Positions 12,736-24,810 of a DNA stretch of 64,000 nucleotides are shown piece after piece. The position numbers were made by a program, and so were the translations under genes. Where the stretch lies: NCBI RefSeq assembly GCF_963921235.1, contig NC_086097.1, forward strand, positions 116,128,001-116,192,000, read 5' to 3'. This DNA comes from Mobula hypostoma. Taxonomy: Eukaryota. The notes below the pieces were generated by a model. It was not told where the DNA came from and did not search any database. It saw nothing but the letters and a program-made list of their open reading frames with translations. Each line of letters begins with the position of its first letter. Position 1 is the stretch's first letter.

Positions 12736-12825
12736 AAGAGTGCTATATATGCTTGCAACTCTGCCAAAGGCAGAGATTCCCTCATTCCATGAAGTCAAAT
12801 TCTTTTGAAAGAAAGCACAGGTAGC
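12736..12825 (-). CDS. Candidate internal coding exon (ATCAFFQKNLTSWNEGISAFGRVASIYSTL), phase 0/0
   Basis: tatttttaag|GCT ... CTT|gtgagc; 90 nt open; AAG acceptor is weak; no homolog recognised. Confidence 0.2.
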
Positions 12826-13335
12826 CTTAAAAATATAGATAGGTGTTGTCCTGAAAGCTGTAGGATAAATATAACACATTGAATGTTCTAATAGGCAAAC
12901 AATTAGAATTTCCAATATCATAGCTTATTACCCAACATAACTAAAGAGGACTTTGTCACGGCATACTCTTGGAGGACAGGACCCAGGTGCAGAAGAATGG
13001 CAGGCTTTCTCCGTACTGGGGGATCACTAGCACCGATTCAACCCAGGAGCCACAGGCAGCAGGTTCACGACTTGACCCAGAAGGGAAGGAATGGCATGAT
13101 ACCCAGAAGAAGATGGAAACAAGAGGTTAGACATGGGAATACCAACAGAGTCTCAGGCTACGTCCACACTAGACTGGATAATTTTGAAAATGCCGGTTTC
13201 ACGTAAAAACAACAGGTGTCCACATTAGGCGTTTTTAAAAATACCTCTGTCCACATTAAAATGGATATTTGGGCAGATCTCCTCCTACTGGGCATGCGCA
13301 GGACACATAGAAAACAAGCAAAGGGGAAATGGTAT

Positions 13336-13543
13336 ACTTGGTGCGCGTTTGTCCAGGTACAGACTGAAAAAACTTGAAAGGAAATTGCCAAGGGAAAGAA
13401 TTAGTGCGTGTTTGTTCGGTTACAGACTAGAAAAACTTAAAAGGAAATTGCCAAACAAAAGACTTGGTGCGCGTTTGTTTGGTTACAGACTAGAAAAACT
13501 TAAAAGGAAATTGCCAAATGAAAGACTTGGTGCGCATTTGTCC
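13336..13543. repeat. 63-bp tandem repeat, ~3.3 copies, within Harbinger MITE
   Basis: Unit gacttggtgcgcgtttgtttggttacagactagaaaaacttaaaaggaaattgccaaatgaaa. Confidence 0.9.
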
Positions 13544-13605
13544 AGAAATATTTCCTACAGCCATAGTCTCTTCACCAATGAAAGGGACGACAGCTACAAC
13601 TAAAT

Positions 13606-14015
13606 CTTCTCTGTGGATTGTCACCTTGTCGCGGTGGTCCTGAGATTCCGAGCGTGATGCCGCCTGGAGCTACGTTCTTGGTAGGGTCACCCGTGGCAGT
13701 AAGGTCGAGGGTGAGGTCCCTGACAAAGAACGATCCAACCTGGACCTCAACGGTGGAACAGGCAGACGAAGTTACTTCAAACTCAACGGCTGTGAAGGTG
13801 GATGAAGGCTGCAATAAATCCATCAGCTCCAATCGTCGTGGTTTCCATGCCATTGGAATCAGTTGGTTAATTTGTGAAGTATCGTGTGCTTTTTGGAGCA
13901 CAGCAACAAGTACACAGTAAACAAATACACACACACAGGCGTCTTCGCTCTGTGGGCTACTTCTTCAGAACGAAGACCATCATCCTCGACCTCGAGGGAT
14001 AGCCACGACGACGAA
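13606..14015 (+). mobile_element. Short non-autonomous RTE-derived (bipartite 5'UTR+3' end) retroposon nested in MITE
   Basis: TSD aactaaat at 13598-13605 and 14016-14023; 5' tcaccttgtcgcggtgg...ggtagggtcacccgtggcag...gacaaagaacgatcc resembles RTE/Expander 5'UTRs (from memory); (ACG)n tail. Confidence 0.65.
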
Positions 14016-16685
14016 AACTAAATGCAATAAGGCTTGTTACTAGGCAAAAGTGAAATTTGCTGTTACCTCATTTGTTTGCCTTTACTTTTGCCATGTCTTT
14101 GTGTATTATTTTGCTGTATTTAACATGTGCAATAAAACAAGTTACTGGGCAAAAATGATGATTGTATCTATTGAATGTTTGCACAAGCAATATATTAATA
14201 AAGCACCTTGTTAAATGTATAAAACATGTCTGCATCAGTGTTATCTTGTATTTCCATACAATGTTAGATTAGGCTGTTACACATCTATTGTCAGATATTG
14301 TTGTTGTGTTGGAGGTTGTGTTCAAGAAAACAATGAAATGCCGTGCTGCCACCACCATTTGTTCCGGCACGTCATGACATGGTTTTAAAAATAGCCGGTT
14401 ACCCCTGTTACACTACGCCGGATATTAGGCGTTTTCAGATTTATTCACTCTGGAGAGTGTTTCTGAAAATCTCCATTTTTGGGGGGAGGAAAACATCATT
14501 TCAGTGTGGACGGAGGATCAAAACGAAGAGAAAAAGCTTTGGTTACGGATTTATCCGGTCTAGTGTGGACATAGCCTCAGAGGAGCAACTAAGCCACAGT
14601 GTGAGACAATTCATTTTCTCCAACACAATGACTCTGCTAAGTCACTGAATGAGAGTCCTCTTTAAATAATCATAGAATGTGGGAAACATGTGCCGGCCAC
14701 AATTAACTTGACAAGATTAAACTGAAAGCACAAGGGCTTAACAACTCTAGTTAGATAATGGTTAGTAAATAATGGTGCTCAGAAACCCGAGAGGCTCAGT
14801 GCTCAATGGCAAGCTTCAGGGCTCATGACACCTCCTCCCCCACCACGGGGTGCTCTTGAGACAAGTCTGAGAAACACAACGCAGACCAGGAGCTCAAGGC
14901 AGCACTGGAAAATCCAGAACAGCTCTGATGGTCCTGAGACAGACTTGGAAAAAACACAAGGCAGACCTCCGGGGCAGGGCTGAAAAATCCGGAACAGATC
15001 TGGAGCTCTAAAGACGGGTCTGAGAAACACAAGGCAGGTCTGAAGCTTGAGGCAGTGCTAAATTTTAGACACTAGTATGAAATCCATGAGCAAGACATTA
15101 CATGAGAGATCTTATGGACCTTGTCCCAGAGAACCTCGGTAAAAATCTTGAACATAGACTGAAGAAACTCAGAACCTCCACTGGGTTGGTAGAGAGTGGA
15201 ATCATTCTGTCATGGTACGCTCTCAGAGAACTGGAGGTAGGTGCAGGGGGACAGGAGGCTTTCTCTGTAACAGAGGTCGCTGACACCAACTCAACCCAAG
15301 AGCTGTGGATGGCAGGTTCACTACTTGACCCAGGAGTGAAGGAATGGCAGGATCTCCAGGAGGGGACGGAAACAAGATGTTAGACATGGGAATACCAATA
15401 GAGTCTTGGAGGAGCGGCTGAGTGACACTGTGAGACATTTCATTCTCTCCAATACAATGACTCCTCTAAGGAACTGAACGAGAGCCCTCTTTAAATAATC
15501 ATAGAATGCTGGAAACATTTGCCGGCCACAATTAAACTTGAAAAGATTAAACCGAAAGCACAAGGGCTTAACAGCTGTAGTTAAGATAACGATTAATAAA
15601 TGCATGTGCTCAAAATCCCTAGAAGCTCATCAGTCTACCGCAAGCTGCAGAGGCCGCAGGCTCATGATAGGATTGGCAGTCAACAAAACAAAACATAATT
15701 AACAAGTTGTGTTTTGAATTTATGCAGATATACTGAAATCATGCTTGGGAAGCTTGTTACTTAAACATGAAGAAATCTTTCAGAATATTTATACTGGCAT
15801 TGCATATTGTATAAATTACATACTGTACCTATCAAGTCTGAACCCAAACGTATGTAGTATAACCTGAAGCTGTACAAACTTTAGCAGAAATTCAAAGATG
15901 TAGACAAGGTGATGCCACATGACATATGAATATGCAGGGTATAGAGGTGATAGTACTGGGTTTGCTGACTACAAAATTCTAAACTCAAGAACTTAAGCCC
16001 TATCCAACATTAATAACCACAAGTGCCCTCACGAAAGAGAGATTATACTGGAAGTACCCAATCTTCAAAGACTAGTTCACTTCCCTGTTTATTCTCCCCG
16101 ACAATTTTAGCTGTCAATGCCCTTTATTCAAGCGGTGGGTCCCCTCTCCCTACCAATGAGAAGATACTTCCAGCTGGTAGCAGTTCATTGATTTTCAGTG
16201 ATGTACATTTAAATCCAAACACCATTCAAATACAAATAGATGAATTATGCACTGATGATCAAGAACCAGTCAATGATACTGGTACAATGGTACCAATGCT
16301 GCAACATCTCTACAAAGGATTGATGGGTGTGAGGTTTACATAAAAGCCTTTCTGGTCACCTCACTACAGGAAGGATGTGCAGAAGAGATTTACAAGGATG
16401 TTGCCTGGATTGGGGAGCATGCCTTATGAGAACAGGTTGAGTTTTCTCCTTAGAGCGACAGAGGATGAGAGGTGACCTAATAGAGGTGTATAAGATGAGG
16501 AGAGGCATTGAACGTGTGGATACTTCCCAGGGCTGAAATGGCTAACACAAGGGCACAGTTTTAAGGTGCTTGGAAGTAGGTACAGAGGGGATATCAGCGG
16601 TAAGTTTTTATGCAGAGAGTGGTGAGTGCGTGGAATGGGCTGCTGGCGACGGTGGTGGAGGCGGATACAATAGGGTCTTTTAAGA

Positions 16686-17870
16686 CAGGGGTCCCCTACC
16701 TTTTTTGCACTGAGGACCGGCCAACCCGGAGGGGGGGTTTAGGGTTGCCAATGGATAAGAGTAGCAGTCAAATACGTTGTGTTTACCCCAAAAAAGACTA
16801 CAATGACCATGACGCTTTGCGCGGGCACCAGTGCGCATGCGCGTCGTGACCTGCCAATTTTTTTCCCCTGCAAATCCTTTTTGGCAATTCTGTTCGGGGG
16901 CGGGGGCGGGGGTGTTAATCACGACCGGAATATAGTTGATAAGTGGCTAATACACTCAATTTCGTTTCTAAAAGGGATTATCTAACGAATTTAATATTAA
17001 ACACACAGCACATATTTTCCTCGCATGAATATAATGATAAGACAATTATCAGGGGAGCTTGAAGTAAGTGTTGAACGAACTTCCAGTAGAAGTGGCAGAA
17101 GCAGGTTCAATATTATCATTTAAAGAAAAATTGGATAAGTATATGGACAGGAAAGGAATGGAGGGTTACGGGCTGAGTGCAGGTTGGCGGGACTAGGTTA
17201 GAGTAGCGTTCGGCATGGACTAGAAGGGCAGAGATGGCCTGTTTCCATGCTGTAATTGTTATATGGTTATATAAGTAAGTCAATAGCATCATAACATTTT
17301 AAGTAACGTTTGGATATTAAACACACAGCACATATTTTCCCCATATGAACATATAAAATCATTGCAACACACCAATATCGCTGAATCAGTGGGAGCCCTG
17401 GCCTTGTTTCCCTGCAACAAGACGGTCCTATCGAGGGGTGATGGGAGACAGCGATACTCGAAGGGGGTTCCTTATGTCCACTCTATTCCGCAATTTAGTT
17501 TTCGTTGCATTCTTTGCAGAAAACTCCGCTTCGCAGAAAAATTTTGGAAATAGAAGTAATGTTTTCAGTGCTTTCGTGGCTATCTCAGGATATTTAGCCT
17601 TAACTTTGATCCAGAATGCTGACAGAGATCTTATGTCAAACATACTTTTCAGCCCGCCATAATTTGCAAGCTCTAGGAGTTGATCTCCTTCCCGCGCTGA
17701 CATGGATGATGCGCGGGTAATGGCCTCGCATGCGTAATGGCTCAAAAGTGGCCGTGACTGGAAATGAGAAAAGGTCCAGCTGACTCCAAATCATATCGTT
17801 TCCTCGCGGCCCGGTAGTACATGCCTTGCGGCCCGGTATCGGTCCGTGGCCCGGTGGTTGGGGACCACTG
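16686..17870 (-). mobile_element. hAT-Charlie (MER1/Charlie3-like) deleted element with transposase C-terminal remnant
   Basis: TIRs caggggtcccctacc / ggttggggaccactg; perfect 8-bp TSD ttttaaga (16678-16685, 17871-17878); FWIKVKAKYPEIATKALKTLLLFP..CEAEFSA..TKTKLRNRVD hAT dimerisation domain. Confidence 0.9.
17070..17272 (+). mobile_element. CR1 3' end nested within hAT MITE
   Basis: CR1 3'UTR-type sequence flanked by aagtaagt direct repeats (17062-17069, 17273-17280). Confidence 0.75.
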
Positions 17871-18376
17871 TTTTAAGAGACTCCTGGATAGGTACATGGA
17901 GCTTAGAAAATTAGAGGGCATTGTGGGCTGAAGGGCATGTATTGTGCTGTAGGTTTTTCTAAGTTTCTATAAAAATTAGATTTATCATATGTAAACGCTA
18001 CCATGTGTAGAGAAAGAGAGTAAGTATTATCTCTCAGTGTAGATACACAAAGGAATCTGTATTTTATATCAAATTACCATATGAGCTTATGTCTTTACTG
18101 AAAACATTTGAACGGACAATGGATAAGAGACCATTGCCTCTGTCCGCCTGAGTTTCTTAGTGCTGCCACTACTAAGAAAAGCAATTGTTGCATCATGGAA
18201 GAATTTCCGAAACAAGTATATTGTTAAGTGCATTAAATAAATGTTCCTTCATCCAACTCACAGTTGCCTATCTCAGACTAAGTTCATTGCTTACAAACCA
18301 CGAAGTGGAAAGCTGAAGCGACTGAAATGGTGAAGAGACCAGTAAATGTGGGAGAGTTCAAATTGTTTTTGAATGT

Positions 18377-19630
18377 TTCAAAGTTCAAAGTACATTTATT
18401 ATCAAAGTACATTTCTGAACTTCCCACAATATTCATGCTTTTAAGACAATGTAGACTGCGCTGGCTGGGCCACGTCCATTGTATGAAGGATGGTAGACTG
18501 CCAAAGGACATTCTCGCAACAGGCAAGAGGAACATTGGTAGACCACAGCTTCGCTTCAAGGACCTCTGCAAGAGCAACATGAAAACCTTAAAAATCAACA
18601 CAGAGTGCTGGGAGGATACAGTAGATGACCACAACAAATGGCAAGGTATTCTTCAGCAGCACCTAGAGCAAGGTGAACGTGTGATCCTGAGTCAGTTCGA
18701 GGAGCGGAGAGCGAAACGGAGAGCACAGTGGACAGCGGACAACAATTCCACGATGCCTGACACATGCAGTAACTGTGGCAGAGCCTACCTTTCCAGGATC
18801 GGCCTCAATAGCCACAGTCGATGCTGCTCGACAAACCAGTGACTACCAGAGACGCAGTACCCATGGTCGACCACGACTGATGGAGGCCACACACACACAT
18901 TATAAAACCTTGAGATTTATCTCCTAACAGGCAGCCATGAAACAAAGAAACCCAGAAGAACCCATGCAAAAAAGACCGTCAAACCCTGAAAGTGCAGAGA
19001 AAAAAAACACCTCATGCACATAAAAAATGAACCCATATAAATAAAATGAAGACCGTTGAACACCCAATGTGCAAACAAAATAGAAGTGCAAGCAAATAGC
19101 GTTCTGAACTGAAGTCCGGGAGAGAGTCCCATAGTTCAGTGTAGTGCAGCACAGAGCCAAGTAAATGTCGTGGAGCAGCGATCTGAACCAGCCCATTCCT
19201 CACCTCAGGCCCTGACGCCATGACCTTTTCAGTCTGGCCTAGCTTCTAAATCAGAGTCCAAACATCGGGTTCAGCGCCCTCTGGGAGCTGGACCTCGCTG
19301 CCTCTATTCGGCCTTCGACACAGCGCTTAAGTCGATCAAGCCTCAGGTCCTCCTCGCTCTCAGCGATAGTCATAGTCATAGTCATAGTCATAGTCATACT
19401 TTATTGATCCCGGGGGAAATTGGTTAAACGGGACATTTGATGGGACGTTGCCTCACTTTGCCTCGGTTTTACTGCAACAGGTTGCCTTCAAGCCCAAAGG
19501 GAAGTTACAGACTATTACTTACAATGATCGTTTGTCAGAAAAAGTGAGATTAATAAAGTATTTAGTTGTTTTCCTTGTTTCGTTAGCTACCAACCAGAAG
19601 TCACTGAGATTCACCTGCACCATCTTAAAC
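18377..19630 (-). mobile_element. ORF-less retroposon-like repeat, interrupted by RTE fragment and a short (ACTATG)n-tailed insertion at ~19366-19424
   Basis: Minus-strand 5' AAGATGGTG at ~19617-19626, 3' aataaa...(ctttgaa)n tail; architecture like 56586-57388. Confidence 0.5.
18415..18900 (+). mobile_element. RTE LINE 3' fragment
   Basis: RLRWLGHVHCMKDGRLPKDIL..GKRNIGRPQLRFKD and C-terminal CSNCGRAYLSRIGLNSHSRCC; (CA)n tail. Confidence 0.9.
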
Positions 19631-20907
19631 TTTACAATGTCAACTTTAAGATTACTCTAGATTGCCATCAGATTTAACAAGGGTGTTTACACTACTGCAT
19701 CAGCTGATTATAAAGAATGAGAATTGGAGAAGAAGTAAGAGTAAAGGTGAGACTTTACCTGGGCTGATATGATGGCAGAGGTTTGGCTTAAATAAATGTG
19801 GCTAGTGGATTTGGAATGATTTTAATTTTGACTGAGTGAAATCAAACAAAGGCTTCTCATGGGTTCCAAGAATCTTTAAAAATGACAAAACCCCAATCAA
19901 AATGAGAAAATCATAATAATTGAAATATAGCCATTCCCAGTACAGAGATGGCTTCAATGAATTTTGCTAATTGCACTTATGTTAGGATTTAATCCTTCAA
20001 TATTAATAGCAATATCTTAGAATATCTGATACCGATTCAGCATAACATGGAATTACACTTGGGTTATGTAATTTTAGGTATAATCCCCTGTAAAGGTTTT
20101 ATCATGTGACCAATTTTTCACTTGATCTATTTTGTTGTATAGTTAGAATTGAATGAGTTAAAGTCTGTTTCCTGCCAAGATGGATCAGCTGGGCAGGTGC
20201 TGAAGACACAAATGTGGGTGGGGGAATATCAGTGGGAGAGTTGGGGGTGGGGGAGAGAAAGAGAGAATTATTATCTCAATGTAATCGCTATCTTCTGGTA
20301 TCTAATTGAATGATACTGATACCTGGTTGCTGAAATCTTGAAATGGAGACTCTGTGCTTGTAACATGTAGGCATCTGATAAGAGTTAACCAACTTTCACA
20401 CATGTCATCTGCCAGGCTGGAAATGTCGTTCTGCCAACAGGAAGATGTACCGATGGCAAAATGAGAGTTTCTGTTAGCTTAGATGTTGCCAGTGTTGAGG
20501 AAGGTGACCTGTGTTGCTAAATCATAAATATCCTACATCTGGGAAAGACTGTACATGTAGCTTAGAAAATGAATTTGTTAAGACAGTGCTCAATGAAGAG
20601 GACATAAAAAGTTACCAGGGTGATCAAGGTAAGGTTTACTGGGTAAGAGATAAGGTTTGAGCTTCAGCTGAACAAAATCTAACTGGTGTCAAATAAGGTC
20701 AATTCTGTGGATGAGATGTTGGTACAAATATAATGAGTAGCATTTCTGCTTGAACATGGGTGACATTTAATGTCTTTGGAGCAAGACATTAAGAGATGCC
20801 AAGGACACTGAGTTTGTGACAACCATCACGGCAAGATATATTTAATTCTCTCAACAATTGAAATCGAGGATTCAGCAGGCAACCAGCAGGATGATACAGT
20901 ACGTTAC

Positions 20908-20973
20908 CTGAAACAACTGTTTCAAAGGTTGGGAAGTTAAGCTATTCTCAAACCATGCTTCCATCAGATCCAT
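20908..20973 (-). CDS. Candidate ATG-bearing exon (MDLMEAWFENSLTSQPLKQLFQ), exon 20908-21022
   Basis: Acceptor aattttgttgcttag| at 21022, donor CAG|gtaacg, phase 0; unique sequence; no homolog recognised. Confidence 0.15.
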
Positions 20974-21689
20974 GGATCTGGCTCACACTTGGCCTGCTCT
21001 TCAGAGACGTAAGGTGACTATTCTAAGCAACAAAATTACAATATGCTCAAATACATTCTGACTGATTGTCACACAGAATGGAGAGACCTATCTAATGGCC
21101 AATGATAAATAGATAATTAAGGAAGTATGTACAGAAAAGCAAGACCTGGAAATCTCTGGAATGAACCAACAACAGGGATACTTTATTTACATTGTCATGT
21201 TTAGAATGATTACGTTGCAGCTGTAACCAACTTAAAAGCGTTTGGCTTTGTGGTGCCTTTCTCACAACACATAGTGGAATATTTCATTTCTTTATTGAAT
21301 GGAATGTGTAAATGGATATATATTGATTGTATACTTTATTCAAGGTAGATACTTCTGCTTATTTTGTCATATAATCGTAAGTACATTGTGGGGTGCATCA
21401 TTTTCTGATTCATGATAACTTTGTAGGTAATTAAAGATGATATATTCAGCTGCCAAAAAAATGCAGGGCAGCTTGGGGGGGGAGAGAGAGAGAGAGAGAT
21501 CGAACTGCCAGATATAGCATGTAGCTGTAACTGGTAGATATCTGGACATGCTGGACATAGTATGTAGCTGTAACTGGTAGATATCTTTTTGTAAATATTA
21601 GCAGTTTTCTTTTCACTATTTTTGCTAATTTTTGATGCAGTTAATAAACACCTTTGCATGAAAGTGTGAAGCGACGCCAACCATTTTTC

Positions 21690-23705
21690 TTTGGTCATAA
21701 CTCACGTATCGTAACACCCTGGATGAACCAGGAGATTGGTAACCCGCTGAAGCTGGGCCTGTGGCTCTCAAGACCAGTGATACAGAATAAGAAGTCTAGA
21801 TATGACCTATGGACAGCTACTGTGAGAGCAAAAAGGCAGCTCCATGTGAAGTTAGAGGCACAATCAGATGCACATAAGCTGTGGCAGGTTTATGTGACAT
21901 TACTTCCCATGAGGCTAATTGGCAGTATAAATGGCAGTGCTGCTTCACTCTGCATCTTCTTTGCACACTTGGAAATGGAGAATAGCACTACACCTGTGTA
22001 AATCCCCACTGCATCTGGTGACCCTGTGTGCTCTGTCTTGGAGCCCAACCTCAGAACATCCTTCAAGGGGGTAAGCCCTCACAAGATGTTAGCCCCTTCC
22101 CAATCAACACAGGTACATCTCAGGAATGCATGCTTAGCCCATTGCACTACTCTCTCTACACTCACGACTGCATAGCTAAGCAAACGCCATCGATAAATTT
22201 TCTGATAACCCCTTGGGTCACAGTAGAATCTCAGACGGGGACCAGGAGGCTCACAGAAGTGAGGTAGATCAGCTCGTTGAGTGGTGTTGCAGCAACATCC
22301 TCACACACAATGTCACAAGACCAAGGAAATGATTGTGCACCTCAGGAAGGGAAAGACGGGAGAAAATGCCCCAGTTCTTATTGAGAGGTCAGCAGTGAAA
22401 AGGATGACCAGCTTCAAGTTTCTGAGTGTCAATATCTATCCTGGGCCTAACATGTTGGTGAAATCAAGAAGAAGCCATTCCAGCAGCTCCAATTCATAAG
22501 GAATTTGAGCAGATATGGTATGTCACCAAATACAGTGGTTTGGGATACATCGGGGCCAATACATTTGGCAGTTGCTCCAATATGCTGAAGTTTCATGGAA
22601 CTATTTAAAAAGGTATAAAAGAGACAAATTACCATTTAACTGAGTAACAAATTATGTATTTAAATGAAATCCAGAACAAGTTAGAACATTATCAGTACTG
22701 TTACAGTGTTATAAAACTGTGAATTGATTCCTGATATTTATCAAATATCTAATGCAGAAAATGGACAGACTTCATACAATGCTTTTGACAATTGCATCTT
22801 GCAAATCTTCATTTTCATTGCAATATTCAAGATGATTGTCCATAACTTCAAATTCTTCATAGGTCATAACTTGTCGAAGTAGTGAAATTGATTGATTTTC
22901 ACTTACAGCCGTTTCTAGCATCTCCAATCCTGAATGTTTGAACCGCAGTGCGCAAAACAGTTCCAAATTGTCTTAATGCTTATTTCTCACCAACTATCAG
23001 TGACAAAAATCACTGCTTTCTGAACACAAACGCACGCAACTGGCGCTCTTTAAAAACTGTTTCCTGTAAGCATGGTGTAGTCTCTAATGGCCACGCAAGT
23101 GTAAGTGACTGATACTAGTTGGAAACTTCTCAGCAACAATCTCCTCTCCCAATTAAGCAGCATAGTGTCCCAAATAAACAAAGGGTATCTCGGTTATTTT
23201 ACCTATTTAGTTTTTGTTCTTTAAGAGTTGTCTCAAGTAAGCGGCTGCCCCAATTAACTGATGGCCCAATTAACTAGAATTCACTGTACTTACACATTTC
23301 CATGGAGAACATGCTGACTGGTTGCATTATGGCCTAGTATGGAGGCATGAAAGCACAGGATCATAAAAAGCTGCACAGAGTTGTAGATTCTGCCAGTTCC
23401 ATCATGGGAACACCAGTGAGGACATATTCAAAAGGTGGGGGCTCAAGAAGGCAGCATGCATCATTAAGGATTACCGCCACCCAGGACATATCTTCTTCTT
23501 TTTACTATCATCAGGGAGGAGCTACAAGATCCCGAAAACACACACTCAATAACTTAGAGATAGCTTCTTCCTTGTCCATTAACAGTCATGAACCCATGAG
23601 CATTACCTCGTTATTCTTTTAATGTAGAATTTATTTGCTTGTAATTTATCGTAATTTTATGAATTTGATAAGTCAGTAACAATGAATCAGTTTCTGATTC
23701 TGACA
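21690..23705 (+). mobile_element. Rex1/Babar LINE, degenerate, split by Tigger-like element
   Basis: NTGTSQECMLSPLHYSLYTHDC, KTKEMIVHLRK, DHKKLHRVVDSASSIMG; (ctgatt)n tail. Confidence 0.75.
22533..23286 (-). mobile_element. TcMar-Tigger/pogo-like deleted DNA transposon
   Basis: TA|cagtgg ... cccaattaactagaattcactg|TA termini; acidic C-terminal remnant ORF 22772-22966. Confidence 0.65.
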
Positions 23706-24249
23706 TCCCTCTGCAGTACCATGGCCAAAACAACAGTGAGAAGGCTCTACAGGGGCATCTGGATGGACACACGAGGACTCAATTCCAGACAGAAGAAAGA
23801 TTGTTCAAACTAAATGTGTATGAGATGTGTAGAATGACAATCAGAGGTGGTCTTCAGGAGACCAATGTACTTTTGCTTCAAAGTGCCGAGAGTTAGAGGC
23901 ACATTTGACTAACAGTGGGCATGCCTTAAAACAGTGGTGATTCAACATACACAACACTCCAGATCAAACAAGGTCATGGGAAGAGAACACCCCATCTCAG
24001 AAGAAAAGGCACCATCTTGGGAAAACTTTGGAAGAGGCCTTCTTGATTCAAGGTTAATGATTCAGATATAAAGAAGAACAAGACAATTGTTACTCCAGAT
24101 CTGATGCAGCACAAAAATACACAATAAGATAAGGAACTCAATTTAAAAAAAACAGAAGCAGAATCCTAAATACTAGGAAGTGATCCACTAATCCTTCAGA
24201 ACAAGCACATCACAGCCTGCAACAGGCTGTAAGAGATCCACTAGATCAC

Positions 24250-24565
24250 AAGGGTTTTTCTCAGTTCCTCTGTCTCCATTTCATCTGGTCTAAGCATGAG
24301 ACTTTCCATTTTAGAACATCTGAGATGTCCTCCTTTTTCAAAGCATGGCACTTCCCTTCTACCACCATCGAAGCTGCACTCACCTGCGTCTCCTCCATTT
24401 CCAGTTCATCTGTTATCACTCCATCCTCCCACTTCCATAACGTGGATAGAGTTCCTTTTGTCCTTATCTACCGCTCTATGAACCTCCATATCCAGTGCAT
24501 CATCCTCTGTAATTTCAGCCATCTAAAAATGGATCCAACCTTGAAGCAAATCTTTCCCTTCCATT
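24250..24565 (+). mobile_element. Penelope-like element internal fragment
   Basis: SSFFKAWHFPSTTIEAALTCVSSI..DRVPFVLIY..IQCIILCNFSHL; homologous to 34900-35190. Confidence 0.7.
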
Positions 24566-24569
24566 CTTA

Positions 24570-24810
24570 CGCCGAGATCAATCTAACTCTTCCCTCCTAC
24601 ATAGCCCTTGATTTTTCTATCACCTATATGCCTATCTAAGTGTTTTCAAAATGTCTCTCATGCATCTGCTTCTTACCACCACCCCTGGCAGTGAATTCCA
24701 TGTATCCACCAATCTCTGTGTAATAATTTTACCTCTGACATCCCCTTATTCTTTCCTACAATCATCTTAAAATTGCACTCCCTCAATGAGCCATTTCTGT
24801 CCTTTGCTCC
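24570..24810 (-). mobile_element. CR1 3' fragment (degenerate)
   Basis: accacccctggcagtgaattccatgtatccaccaatctctgtgt resembles CR1 3' region at 49700-49800. Confidence 0.65.

Larger units (their letters stand above)
13156..14576. mobile_element. PIF/Harbinger-type MITE nested in LTR
   Basis: TIRs ggctacgtccacactagactggataa / ttatccggtctagtgtggacatagcc; 3-bp TSD TCA at 13153-13155 and 14577-14579. Confidence 0.85.
12954..15669 (-). mobile_element. Miniature non-autonomous LTR retroelement (two ~450-bp LTRs, ~380-bp internal region)
   Basis: LTR 12954-14830 (minus nested MITE) aligns with LTR 15208-15669; TGTCA...TGA(C/T)A termini; polypurine tract ggggaggagg abutting LTR at 14831-14840; ~75-bp imperfect repeats 14855-15045. 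Confidence 0.75.
16345..17970 (+). mobile_element. CR1 LINE 3' fragment split by hAT MITE
   Basis: tctggtcacctcactacaggaaggatgtgcagaagagatttacaaggatgttgcc; QRVVSAWNGL; resumes at 17879. Confidence 0.85.

Noticed and set aside
13349..13603. Basic repetitive 84-aa ORF
   Set aside because: It is the translation of a 63-bp tandem repeat in a Harbinger MITE, with a non-ATG start.
21519..21586. 25-bp direct repeat atgtagctgtaactggtagatatct x2
   Set aside because: Simple local duplication with no further structure.
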